DNA of 64,000 bases from Candidatus Binatia bacterium (GTDB lineage: Bacteria; Desulfobacterota; Binatia; HRBIN30). Location: contig JBBRSP010000017.1 of assembly GCA_038245295.1 (NCBI GenBank), positions 50,144 to 114,143 of the forward strand, read 5' to 3'. The notes below the pieces were generated by a model. That model was given only the letters and a program-made list of their open reading frames with translations, was not told the DNA's origin and ran no database searches. This document shows positions 16,939-26,020 of the stretch, in pieces. The first letter of the stretch is position 1; each line of letters opens with the position of its first letter. The translations under genes and the position numbers were made by a program.

Positions 16939-19362
16939 CTACTGCACGTTACGCTGCAGGAACGCCGCCAGCGGTGCGATGACGTTGTTGTTGGCATCGT
17001 CCTGTGAAGCCAGCACGTCGACGTGCGCGAAGCCTTCACTCATGTAGACCTCGTAGCCGCCGGCGATGCCGCCGAAGGTGGGGAAGGCGGCGCTCGGCAT
17101 GCTGGTGTTGACGACGCGTGGCGTTGAGCCGTCGCAGCTCGGCGCCGTGCAGATCCCGATGGTGGTGCCGAACGGCACGTAGCCGCCAGGCACCGGCACC
17201 AAGCCGTTGCTGCCGCCGAATGCGATCACCGGCACGTTGATGTTGGCCGACTGCGTCAGGTTCTCGATATCGCGGCGGCCGCGACCGATCGACAAGGCGG
17301 ACGAATCGAGACCGATCGATTGCGAACACGAACTATCCGCGGCGGCCTGGGTGGCGCCGCTGCAAACTGCTCCGACATTGCCGACGGTGCAGGTTCCAGG
17401 ATTCGCCGAGCACTTACCGGCCACCGAAGTAACGCTCGGTCCGGCCGTCGGATAGTACCAGTCGACGAAGTTCGTCTTGCCTTCGTAGAACGTCGGCAGC
17501 AGGCGCGCGAAGCTGGTCACTTCCTTCTCTTGTCCCCAGACGTTGCCGGGCAGCGTGGTGGGCGGAGCGCCGTTGAACGGCGTGACGCAGCCGATGCCTG
17601 GGCAAGGCGGGAACGAGGCGCTCTCGGTGATGTCGAGCCATGTGGTCAAGCCACTGACGATCGGGCCCGGTGATCCGACCGACGTCGAGATGAACGTCGC
17701 AAACGAGGCGATTAAACCGTCGTCATCAATGAAGCTGCCGATGCCGCCGAGCACCGTTGCCTGCGGCAGGGCACTGAGGCTGCCCAGGTCGGGAACGGCC
17801 TGGATCGGCGTCGAACCACCAAACAGTTGCTGTAGGATGATCTGCCCGCTGTCCGGATCGCCGATCCCCTGAATCGCCGCCGGCTCAACCGCGGCCAGCA
17901 AACGCGGGTTCAAAAGGCCGCGCGCATAGGCCGTCGTCGGCGGCGTGCACTTCGCCGGTGTCTTGCCGGCGCAATCGGCGTCGCTCTGGCAATCCGTGCC
18001 GTCGACGCACTTGGCGAAATTCTCACGCACAGCGGCATACAGGCCGCCGTCGAATTTGGCGATCATACGATCGAGCGAGTCGCTCGTGAGTGGTGTGCCA
18101 CTGTTGGAGCCACCGCCACCTTCGAGCAAGACAAGACCGCGCACCTTGGCGTAGCCGGGATTCACCGGGCCGATTCCGGTCAGATCGAAATCGGTGGAAG
18201 CGTAGCGTGCCGCGAAGCCGGTGCCGGCCGAGTGGCCACCTAGGAAGACGTTGTTGTGCAACGCCTGGCCGCGGGCCTTGGTAACGACGGCGTCGACGTC
18301 GCGCGAGAAGACGAGATTGGTCCAGTTGGCCATGAACGCCGTGTCGGCCTGGGCATCGTAGAACACGGCGCGCCGCTTCAGCTCCGGCGACAGCGGACTG
18401 AGGTTCAGCTCGGCGCCGAACAACCAGTCGAGTCCAAGCAGCGGGTCCTGATCGATCTCGGCGACATCGAGCCCGTAGCTGTCCTCGAGTTGATTGGTGC
18501 GGCGATCGATGGCCCACACTTCGATCTGACGGCTGTAGTCGTTTCGCATGCGGGTGATCAGATTGTCGGCGAGGATCTTAAATCCGCTGGCGCCGCCTTC
18601 GAAGCCGGGGACAACCACGAGAATCGCGTCCGGGGTGCCGCGTAGGCGGGTGTAGCGGTAGCGCGTGTAGCGCGCGTTATTGAGGCTGAACTTCTTGCCG
18701 AACTGTGTTTGCAGCAAGGGGTTGGTGACCACGACCCCCGGGCTGCCGGGTGAGTTCGCCGGCTGTGCCGCGCTGGGGATGTCGAATGTCGCACCGGCGA
18801 CCGTGCCGATGCCACCGGAGCAGGCGCCGGAGTCGCTCGCATCGATCAGCAGATCGGCGTTCGAGTCGGAGGCATCGAGGCAAAAGAAGGAGCTCGCACA
18901 CTGTGTTTGCGTGAACTTCCCGGCCGATCCGACACACGTGAGGGCCGGTTTAATCGCGCAGGTCACCTTGCCGGTGGCGGCGACCTTCTTGACGCAGGCC
19001 ACCTTGTCGCCCTTCGGCGTCGTCTTGAACCCGCAGGTCGATTGCGCCGCAACCTTGCTCAAGAAGCCCTGACACTGGGTGCGTAGTTTGCCGCCGGCGA
19101 CGGCGATCTTCACCACGTCCTTGGCGCACTTCGTGTACTTGCCGTGTGTGGCTGCGGAGCTCAGGCCATCGAACGAGGCGCAGTCGCACATGACGTCGAT
19201 GACATTGCGCAGCGAGTTGATCTGCGTCGTGTCGGTCGCCAAAGAAGCCCCGGCGAGGCACTTGTCGGCCGGCACCGCGTGCGCGGTAACAACTAGAAGT
19301 GGCAGCACGGCGAGCGCCAGGGCTGGGGTGCGGAACCGCAGGGAAAATAGACGTCGAATCAC
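16939..19362 (-). CDS. Large secreted alpha/beta-hydrolase-like protein with a Cys-rich N-terminal domain
   Basis: GTG start after GAGGAGG, signal peptide ending AHA, GHSAG nucleophile motif, C-terminal GFAHVD, many Cys. Confidence 0.75.
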   Translation of the reverse strand: MIRRLFSLRFRTPALALAVLPLLVVTAHAVPADKCLAGASLATDTTQINSLRNVIDVMCDCASFDGLSSAATHGKYTKCAKDVVKIAVAGGKLRTQCQGFLSKVAAQSTCGFKTTPKGDKVACVKKVAATGKVTCAIKPALTCVGSAGKFTQTQCASSFFCLDASDSNADLLIDASDSGACSGGIGTVAGATFDIPSAAQPANSPGSPGVVVTNPLLQTQFGKKFSLNNARYTRYRYTRLRGTPDAILVVVPGFEGGASGFKILADNLITRMRNDYSRQIEVWAIDRRTNQLEDSYGLDVAEIDQDPLLGLDWLFGAELNLSPLSPELKRRAVFYDAQADTAFMANWTNLVFSRDVDAVVTKARGQALHNNVFLGGHSAGTGFAARYASTDFDLTGIGPVNPGYAKVRGLVLLEGGGGSNSGTPLTSDSLDRMIAKFDGGLYAAVRENFAKCVDGTDCQSDADCAGKTPAKCTPPTTAYARGLLNPRLLAAVEPAAIQGIGDPDSGQIILQQLFGGSTPIQAVPDLGSLSALPQATVLGGIGSFIDDDGLIASFATFISTSVGSPGPIVSGLTTWLDITESASFPPCPGIGCVTPFNGAPPTTLPGNVWGQEKEVTSFARLLPTFYEGKTNFVDWYYPTAGPSVTSVAGKCSANPGTCTVGNVGAVCSGATQAAADSSCSQSIGLDSSALSIGRGRRDIENLTQSANINVPVIAFGGSNGLVPVPGGYVPFGTTIGICTAPSCDGSTPRVVNTSMPSAAFPTFGGIAGGYEVYMSEGFAHVDVLASQDDANNNVIAPLAAFLQRNVQ

Positions 19363-19475
19363 AGAGTCCTCCTCCGGCTCGCTGCAGGGGCACGAGCCGA
19401 CACAAACGATCACTACGTGGATAGGCGGCGGAGTATCTCTTCCTTGGCGTACTGAGGCAATAGGCCCACCGCGCC

Positions 19476-21245
19476 CTAGCGAGATTGTGTGCGCCCGACT
19501 GCCAGTGTGCCGGTAGCCGGCAACTCCGCACTGGCGCCAACCGCCGGCAAGTGGAAGGGGCCACCGCCGGCCTCCGTCCACGCAAACCAACGGTACTCTG
19601 GGCTTTCGAGGGGCGCGTGGAAACGGAAGGCGACCTGTTGCGGCCGTCCGTCTTCGGTGATGCGGCGGATCTCGGCTGTGAAGTCGGCACGCTCGATCTG
19701 CTCGCCAACCGTGAATGGCTGATCCGGACGGCGCAGAAGCTGTTCGACCGTGGTGCGGATGAACCCGCGTGCCGCGGTGATGACCAGGGTGTCGCCGCTT
19801 TCGCGCGCGACGTGGTTGTCGCTGAACATGGAGGTGAGCACGGCGACGCGCCGTGTCGTCAGAGCCGGAGTTTCCAGCGCCTGGACAATCGGCAGATAGC
19901 CGACGAGCTCGACGGCATTGACGAACACCATCGTTTGGTGAGGCGTGGCGCTGTCGACCGGGGCGGTGGCGACGATGGCTTCTATCGGCGCATTGAAAAC
20001 CGGCAGCGCGACGACGCGCACCACCAGAAGCAGCGCCGCGAGCGGGGCGTGCAGCACGATCATTACTGTGGCCAAACGCGTGCCGGCCGCCGGCGTGGGC
20101 GCGTCGACGCGGCCCTCGCGGTTGAACAGCATCGCGAGTAAGGCGGCGACGCCAACGCCGGAGAAGGGCAACAGACGATCCATCGGAAACCCGGCGCAGA
20201 AGGGTACCAGTGCCAGCGACAGGCCGACCGCCCAGAAGCGCGCCTCGCGGCGGGCTCGCAACAACGGCAGCAGCCAGCGCAGCAGTTGGATGCATGCGGC
20301 GATTCCCAGCACCGTCAGGGCGATCTGCCCGACGCGGGGTAAGACGACGAAGAGATCACTGGGGATCTTGAACCACTGAGCCAACTGCAGGATCGGCCAG
20401 CGGTCGGCGAGAGCCACGGCGAACTCGACGGGCCGGTGCGCCGGATCGATGTAGAGGCCGCTGCCGGTGGTGCCATACCCGAGGTGCTCGTAGAGCAGCC
20501 GCCACGCCACGAGGAGCACCGCATAGGGAAGCAGCGCCGCCAGCCGATGGTGTCGTGGTGAGGTGTCCATCGTCAGCTGCCACGCCGCCAAGTAGCCGAC
20601 GGTTGCCAATCCAGCCTCGCTGCACGAGAGAGCGGCCGCAAAGAGGAGAGACGCGGCGGCGGCCCAGGCGCTGGAGCCGCTACTGCGCCAATGCCGATGT
20701 GCTTCAAGGGTGAGAACCGCCAGGACCAGAGCGATCAGCACGTGGCGGTTGGCGAGCCAACCGACGGACATGGAGTGTGCGTCGTCGACCGCGAAGAATA
20801 GAGCGGCCAATCCGGCTACCGCTGTGGCGCCGTGCAGCCGGCGATAGAACCGGGCAACCACGAAGATGGCGAGGCCGTACCATAGGACGCTCTGCAGATG
20901 TTGGAGCGGAAAGTTGTCCGGCCACAACGCATAGTCGAGCATGTGGGACAGAGCGGTGAGCGGACGTAGAAACGCCAGGGTGATCTGCGGATCCGCCCAC
21001 CACGTCAACAACCCGGTCGGCAAAATCGCGGCGCGGCGCGGGCCGTTGGGTATGAACGCGAAAAGGTCCCACAGTGGTCGAGCCCCTTTACCGATCGAAC
21101 CGCTGCCCTGCAGAATGGCACGCTGGAAGTAATCGTCGATGATCAAGCCGGTACCCAATGCCGGTAGCGTCAGCATCATTCCGAGCAGCGCGGCTGTGAT
21201 CGGTGTCCAGGGGCGCGCGAGTTGGTCGAACAGACGTTGGAGCAT
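19476..21245 (-). CDS. Polytopic membrane protein, probable GT-C fold glycosyltransferase (TMTC/ArnT-like)
   Basis: DD motif after TM1 (IIDDY), FLRPLT, HLQSVLWY, AALFFAVDDAHSMSVGWLANR; about 11 TM helices. Confidence 0.6.
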   Translation of the reverse strand: MLQRLFDQLARPWTPITAALLGMMLTLPALGTGLIIDDYFQRAILQGSGSIGKGARPLWDLFAFIPNGPRRAAILPTGLLTWWADPQITLAFLRPLTALSHMLDYALWPDNFPLQHLQSVLWYGLAIFVVARFYRRLHGATAVAGLAALFFAVDDAHSMSVGWLANRHVLIALVLAVLTLEAHRHWRSSGSSAWAAAASLLFAAALSCSEAGLATVGYLAAWQLTMDTSPRHHRLAALLPYAVLLVAWRLLYEHLGYGTTGSGLYIDPAHRPVEFAVALADRWPILQLAQWFKIPSDLFVVLPRVGQIALTVLGIAACIQLLRWLLPLLRARREARFWAVGLSLALVPFCAGFPMDRLLPFSGVGVAALLAMLFNREGRVDAPTPAAGTRLATVMIVLHAPLAALLLVVRVVALPVFNAPIEAIVATAPVDSATPHQTMVFVNAVELVGYLPIVQALETPALTTRRVAVLTSMFSDNHVARESGDTLVITAARGFIRTTVEQLLRRPDQPFTVGEQIERADFTAEIRRITEDGRPQQVAFRFHAPLESPEYRWFAWTEAGGGPFHLPAVGASAELPATGTLAVGRTQSR

Positions 21246-21508
21246 TGTGCAGCCAAATCAGAGTTGCTCGTGGGAAAGCAACGGCGCTCGGGTGCTCTGT
21301 CACTTTCATTTGGAATTCTCGAAGAATGAGCTGTTGCGAAACCGCGGCGCCACTCTCAAAGGCGTAAGTGGGCGTGGGCTGCCCCCCCACAAGTGAATGG
21401 TCCACGTCTACCGCCGGCCTTGGTCCCCCCGGGGCCGGCGGTCCTCCCTCGGGCACTTCACGCTCCTATGCGATTCTGGTAACCGGACTACCCACGAAGC
21501 CACACCCT

Positions 21509-22573
21509 ATGGAAGTGCCCACCGAATCCACCACATCGTCGCCGCGCGGCGAGTTCGCCGACGCGCTCGCGCGGCTACGTATTCCGCCGTTTTATGCCGA
21601 GCCGCGCGCCGAATGGAGCGCTCTGCGCGGCAACGCCGGGTTGATCGACGGGCATTGTGCCGATCTGCTGCGTCTCAACGGTGGCGATCGCGCCACCTTC
21701 CTGCAGGGCATGATCACCAATGACATTCTGAAGACGCCGGTCGGCGCCGGTGTCTATGCGGCGCTGCTGACGATCCAGGGGCGCATCGTCTCTGATATGC
21801 GTGTGCTTCAACTGGCCGACGAGATCTGGCTCGACCTTCCCCCGGGCGCCGCACCGATCGTTCGCGCCGCCCTGGAAAAGTACATCATCGCCGACGATGT
21901 CGAGTTTGCCGAAGACGAAGCCTGGCGGCCGCTGCTGAGTATCGAGGGACCTAAGGCGGCGCGTGTTGTGGTCGCGGTTCTCGGGGAAAGCTTCGATGAT
22001 TTGGCGCCGCTCGCACACCGCGAAGGTTTGTTCGAAGGTCACGTCGTGCGCGTCGTCGCCGCCGCGCGCAGCGGTGCCGCCGGGTTCGTTGTCTTTGGCG
22101 CGCCGGAGATGCGCGGCGACCTGTGGGCACGCTGTTGCGCCGCCGGAGCGGATCCGGTCGGTGCCGAAGCGCTCAACGTCTTGCGTATCGAAGCCGGCAT
22201 TCCGTGGCTCGGCGTCGACATCGACGACTCGGTTCTCAGCGGCGAAGCGGAGATTGAAACGGCGATCAGCTTCCGCAAGGGCTGCTACCTCGGCCAGGAA
22301 GTCGTCGAACGCGTTGCGGCGCGAGGGCAGGTACAACGCAAGCGTGTTGGGCTGCGCTTTGGCGGCTCTGACGTTCCGGCGCGTGACTCGAAGCTATTTG
22401 CGGCCGACAAGGAAGTGGGTCGCGTGACCAGTGCCGTCTTCTCCTTCGCAGCCGAAGCGGTGATCGGCATGGGCTACGTGCGGCGCGAGGCCTGGGAGCC
22501 GGGGACGGCACTGCGCTGTGAGTCGGTCGCCCGGGCAATTGACGCAACGGTGGCACCTCTAAGACTAACCTGA
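21509..22573 (+). CDS. ygfZ: YgfZ/GcvT-like folate-binding Fe-S maturation protein
   Basis: KGCYLGQE signature, FLQGMITND, LRIEAGIP. Confidence 0.85.
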   Translation: MEVPTESTTSSPRGEFADALARLRIPPFYAEPRAEWSALRGNAGLIDGHCADLLRLNGGDRATFLQGMITNDILKTPVGAGVYAALLTIQGRIVSDMRVLQLADEIWLDLPPGAAPIVRAALEKYIIADDVEFAEDEAWRPLLSIEGPKAARVVVAVLGESFDDLAPLAHREGLFEGHVVRVVAAARSGAAGFVVFGAPEMRGDLWARCCAAGADPVGAEALNVLRIEAGIPWLGVDIDDSVLSGEAEIETAISFRKGCYLGQEVVERVAARGQVQRKRVGLRFGGSDVPARDSKLFAADKEVGRVTSAVFSFAAEAVIGMGYVRREAWEPGTALRCESVARAIDATVAPLRLT

Positions 22574-22574
22574 C

Positions 22575-22615
22575 TGCGACGCAGTCAGACGCAGTCCGAC
22601 CGGTCCGACGGATCC
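22575..22615. repeat. Degenerate 9-bp tandem repeat (cgacgcagt / cgaccggtc / cgacggatc)
   Basis: Visible 9-nt periodicity; a related tract occurs at about 28478-28518. Confidence 0.55.
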
Positions 22616-22703
22616 ATCACTGCGGCGATATTCCGGGGGCGCCGGAGGGGTTTGTATCGCGGCCTTGAAAAGTCTAGTTGCCAGCGACACGAGGAGGAGG
22701 AAC

Positions 22704-22847
22704 ATGCCGAATCAGTTGGGTAAGCGTTACATCTGTGATGCCTGCGGCACGGAAGCGCTGTGCAACAAGCCGGGCGCCGGCACCATTGAGTGTTGCGGCG
22801 CCGAAATGAAGCTGAAGGAAGCCAAGCCGGTTCCGTCGAGCGACTGA
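22704..22847 (+). CDS. Desulforedoxin-like miniprotein 1 (47 aa)
   Basis: MPNQLGKRYICDACGTEALCNKPGAGTIECCGAEMKLKEAKPVPSSD; Cx2Cx15CC; strong GAGGAGG RBS. Confidence 0.82.
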   Translation: MPNQLGKRYICDACGTEALCNKPGAGTIECCGAEMKLKEAKPVPSSD

Positions 22848-22851
22848 GCCC

Positions 22852-23571
22852 GTGTCGGCGGTTCTGTACGACAAGCGCGGTGCCGTCGGCATCGTCACCC
22901 TGAATCGCCCGGACAGCCTGAATGCCTACGACGTCGCGATGCGCGACGCCCTGCACGAGGCGTTGTGCGCCGTGCGCGACGACGACGAAGTCCGTTGCGC
23001 CATTCTTCAGGGCAACGGCGCGGCATTTTGCACGGGCGGTGACGTGCGCGAGTTCGGCACCGCACCCTCGCCGACGGTTGCTCGCCAGGCGCGCTGGCGG
23101 CGTGATAACTGGGGCCTCATGCGGCGCTTGTCGAAGCCGTTGATCGCCGCTGTTCACGGCTACGCCGCCGGCGGTGGCTTTGAGATGGCGCTGTTGTGCG
23201 ACCTTTGTATCGCATCACCCGACGCGACCTTCTGGTACCCGGAGACGGCACTCGGGATGATCCCCGGTGTTGCCGGAACACAGACGACGACGCGCCAGCT
23301 CGGCCAGGCGAGAGCACTGGAATTGATCCTGACCGGGCGCCGTCTGAACGCCACCGAGGCGCTGTCCTGGGGTGTGATCACCCGTGTCGTACCGCGCCGC
23401 CGTCTGCGTCACGCGGCGCTGCAGCTGGCAGGGCGCCTCTCGATCTTGCCAAGACAACTGGCCGCGGCGACCAAGCGTGCGGTGGACGAAGGTATGGACG
23501 TCGATCTTTCGACGGGGCTGCGGCTCGAACGTCGACTGGGTGCGTTGGTGGAACAGAGGAGTAGAGCGTGA
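22852..23571 (+). CDS. Enoyl-CoA hydratase/isomerase (crotonase), short C-terminus
   Basis: LNRPDSLNA, FCTGGD, GGGFE and PE catalytic glutamates. Confidence 0.92.
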   Translation: MSAVLYDKRGAVGIVTLNRPDSLNAYDVAMRDALHEALCAVRDDDEVRCAILQGNGAAFCTGGDVREFGTAPSPTVARQARWRRDNWGLMRRLSKPLIAAVHGYAAGGGFEMALLCDLCIASPDATFWYPETALGMIPGVAGTQTTTRQLGQARALELILTGRRLNATEALSWGVITRVVPRRRLRHAALQLAGRLSILPRQLAAATKRAVDEGMDVDLSTGLRLERRLGALVEQRSRA

Positions 23572-25130
23572 ACACTTCCAATTTTCTCAGCATCCCCGCT
23601 TCCATGTTCGATGAGCAGGAGATGATTGTCTTCGATGAGGCGCGCTTGACCTACGGACAACTTTGGTCCGAGGTGCAACAGCTCGCCAACGCCCTGCGCA
23701 GCCTCGGTGTCGGCACAGGGGATACTGTCGCGGTGCTGCAAACGAACTCGCATCGCTTCGTGCAGGCCTACTATGCCGCTGCCTTGATGGGGGCTGTGTT
23801 CTTGCCCGTGAACTATCGCGCCAAGCTTCCCGAGCTCGAGTACATGCTCAATGCCGCCAACACCAAGGTCCTGCTGCTCGGCGATCGCTACCTCGGCGCG
23901 ATTCAAGAGCTACGCCCGAAGCTGACGACGATTCAGCACTACATCACGCTGGAGAGCCCGCATGCCGATGCCAGACACGTCGACGAGATTCTTGCTGGGC
24001 AAGCGAGCGAATTCGAGCCCGTCGAAGTCGAAGACGAAGACACGACAATCCTCATGTACACCAGCGGCACCACGGCTCTGCCGAAACAGGTGCTGCTGAC
24101 GCACAACGACTTCACCGCTTACGTTACCGCCAACGTCGAGATGGCCGACGGTACGCCGCGCGGCACCTCACTCATCTGTGTGCCGCTATACCACATCGCC
24201 GGCGCCACCAACGTGATGTCCAACATGTGGTCCGGTCGCAAGATGGTGCTGCTGCGCCAGTTCGATACGCTCGAGTGGCTGCAGGCGGTCGAGCGCGAAC
24301 GGGTCACCCACGCCTTCCTGGTGCCGACAATGGTCAAGCAACTCCTTGATCATCCCGACTTCGCCAAGTTCGATCTGAGCAGCCTGCAGAATCTCTCCTA
24401 CGGCGGTGCCGCCATGCCGTTCCCGGTGATCCGGCGCGCCATCGAGATGTTCCCGAAGACCGTCGGCTTCGTGAACGCCTTTGGGCAAACCGAAACGACC
24501 TCGACGCTGACCGTCCTCGGCCCTGACGATCATCGGCTCGATGGCACACCGGCGGAAGTCGAAGTGCGACTCAAGCGCCTGAAGTCGATCGGCCTGCCGC
24601 TGCCCGATGTTGAGCTCAAGGTTGTCGACGATGACGGCAACGACGTTGCGCCGGGCGCGGTGGGCGAGCTGTGGGTGCGCACACCGCGCGTCATGAAGGG
24701 CTACGGCTCGGCCGGTGGCACAACTTCACCGCTGGTGCAGGACGGTTGGCTGCCGACACGCGACATGGGCTGGATTGACGAAGACGGCTACGCCTTCCTG
24801 GCGGGGCGCAAAGACGACATGATCATCCGCGGCGGCGAGAACATCGCTCCGGCGGAGGTCGAAGCGGTGCTCTATTCGCATCCCGGGGTCGACGAGGCGG
24901 CGGTCATCGGCATCCCGGATGTCGAGTGGGGCCAACGGGTCGCCGCCGTCGTCGCACCGCGACCGGGTGTGACTCTCACCGAGGCGGAGATCATCAGCTT
25001 CTGCCAGCAGCGCCTGGCGAGCTTCAAGAAGCCGGAGGTCGTGCGCTTCATGGAGTCGTTGCCGAAGAACCAAATGGGCAAGGTCCTGAAAAAGGATTTG
25101 CGCGCCGAATTTGGGGGCGCGGCGGCGTGA
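23568..25130 (+). CDS. Acyl-CoA synthetase / AMP-dependent ligase
   Basis: YTSGTTALPK, FGQTET, GRKDDMIIRGGENI, PKNQMGKVLK. Confidence 0.93.
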   Translation: MNTSNFLSIPASMFDEQEMIVFDEARLTYGQLWSEVQQLANALRSLGVGTGDTVAVLQTNSHRFVQAYYAAALMGAVFLPVNYRAKLPELEYMLNAANTKVLLLGDRYLGAIQELRPKLTTIQHYITLESPHADARHVDEILAGQASEFEPVEVEDEDTTILMYTSGTTALPKQVLLTHNDFTAYVTANVEMADGTPRGTSLICVPLYHIAGATNVMSNMWSGRKMVLLRQFDTLEWLQAVERERVTHAFLVPTMVKQLLDHPDFAKFDLSSLQNLSYGGAAMPFPVIRRAIEMFPKTVGFVNAFGQTETTSTLTVLGPDDHRLDGTPAEVEVRLKRLKSIGLPLPDVELKVVDDDGNDVAPGAVGELWVRTPRVMKGYGSAGGTTSPLVQDGWLPTRDMGWIDEDGYAFLAGRKDDMIIRGGENIAPAEVEAVLYSHPGVDEAAVIGIPDVEWGQRVAAVVAPRPGVTLTEAEIISFCQQRLASFKKPEVVRFMESLPKNQMGKVLKKDLRAEFGGAAA

Positions 25131-25870
25131 AACGCCGGTCCGCGCCGCTGCATGTCGCCATCGATGCCACTGGCGTGGCCAGGGTCACCTTTGCCGTGCC
25201 TCGCCTCGACGAGTCGCTCGCGGCGGCCTTGTGTGATGCGGCATTGGAGCTCGAAGCGGATGCGGCCGTGCGCGTCGTCACTCTGTCGGGAAGCGGAGCG
25301 GATTTCTGCGTCGGTGCACCGTCCCACGCACCGTGGTTGCAACGGCTCGACTGTGTGCGCGCCTTCGGGGCCGTGTCGAAGCCGATCATCGCCGCGTTGC
25401 ACGGCAAGGTCATCGGCGAAGGGTGCGAGCTGGCGTTGGCGTGTGATCTGCGAATCGCCGCGAGCAATGTGACCTTGGCGATGCCACAGGTGGCCCGTGG
25501 CTATCTGCCGCGCTGCGGCGCAACGCAGCGGCTGCCAAGGTTGATCGGACGCATGCGTAGTCTCGAGTTGCTGCTGAGCGGACGCCCTGTCGCGGCGAAG
25601 GAAGCGTTGACGATCGGCCTGGTGACTCAGGTGCAACCGTTGTCGCGGCTCGACTCGGCATTGCGGCGGATGGCGGCGGAGCTGTCGCGTAAAGGTCCGC
25701 TTGCCTTGCGCTATGCGAAGGAAGCGATAGGGAAGGGCGCCGACATGACATTCGAGCAGGGGATGCGGTTGGAAGAAGATCTGTACGTGTTACTGCAGAC
25801 GACCGAGGATCGACGCGAAGGCATCGACGCGTTTTTGCAGAAGCGGTCGCCGCGGTTTGTTGGGCGCTAG
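25127..25870 (+). CDS. Crotonase-family protein with a degenerate active site
   Basis: FCVGA, SKPIIAALHG, GEGCELALACDLR, MPQ where PE is expected; GTG overlaps the ligase stop codon. Confidence 0.85.
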   Translation: MKRRSAPLHVAIDATGVARVTFAVPRLDESLAAALCDAALELEADAAVRVVTLSGSGADFCVGAPSHAPWLQRLDCVRAFGAVSKPIIAALHGKVIGEGCELALACDLRIAASNVTLAMPQVARGYLPRCGATQRLPRLIGRMRSLELLLSGRPVAAKEALTIGLVTQVQPLSRLDSALRRMAAELSRKGPLALRYAKEAIGKGADMTFEQGMRLEEDLYVLLQTTEDRREGIDAFLQKRSPRFVGR

Positions 25871-25896
25871 GGAAGAACGAAACCAGGGAGGGTGAG

Positions 25897-26016
25897 ATGG
25901 CAAACCAGTTGGGCAAAATGTACCTGTGCAGCAAGTGCAGCTCGCAAGTGATCGTCACCAAGGGCGGCAATGGCACGCTCAAGTGTTGTAGTCAGGACAT
26001 GGAGCAGAAGAAGTAG
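25897..26016 (+). CDS. Desulforedoxin-like miniprotein 2 (39 aa; absent from the ORF track)
   Basis: MANQLGKMYLCSKCSSQVIVTKGGNGTLKCCSQDMEQKK; Cx2Cx15CC; GGGAGG RBS. Confidence 0.85.
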   Translation: MANQLGKMYLCSKCSSQVIVTKGGNGTLKCCSQDMEQKK

Positions 26017-26020
26017 GCCG

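Noticed and set aside
19363..20295. N-terminal 311 aa of the 1118-aa ORF 16939..20295
   Set aside because: Overlaps the 19476..21245 gene in another frame and is Arg/Ala-rich noise; a GTG with RBS and signal peptide lies at 19362
22704..22847. Cys-rich peptides as RiPP precursors
   Set aside because: No radical SAM, YcaO or lanthipeptide enzymes nearby, and the Cys spacing matches desulforedoxin exactly
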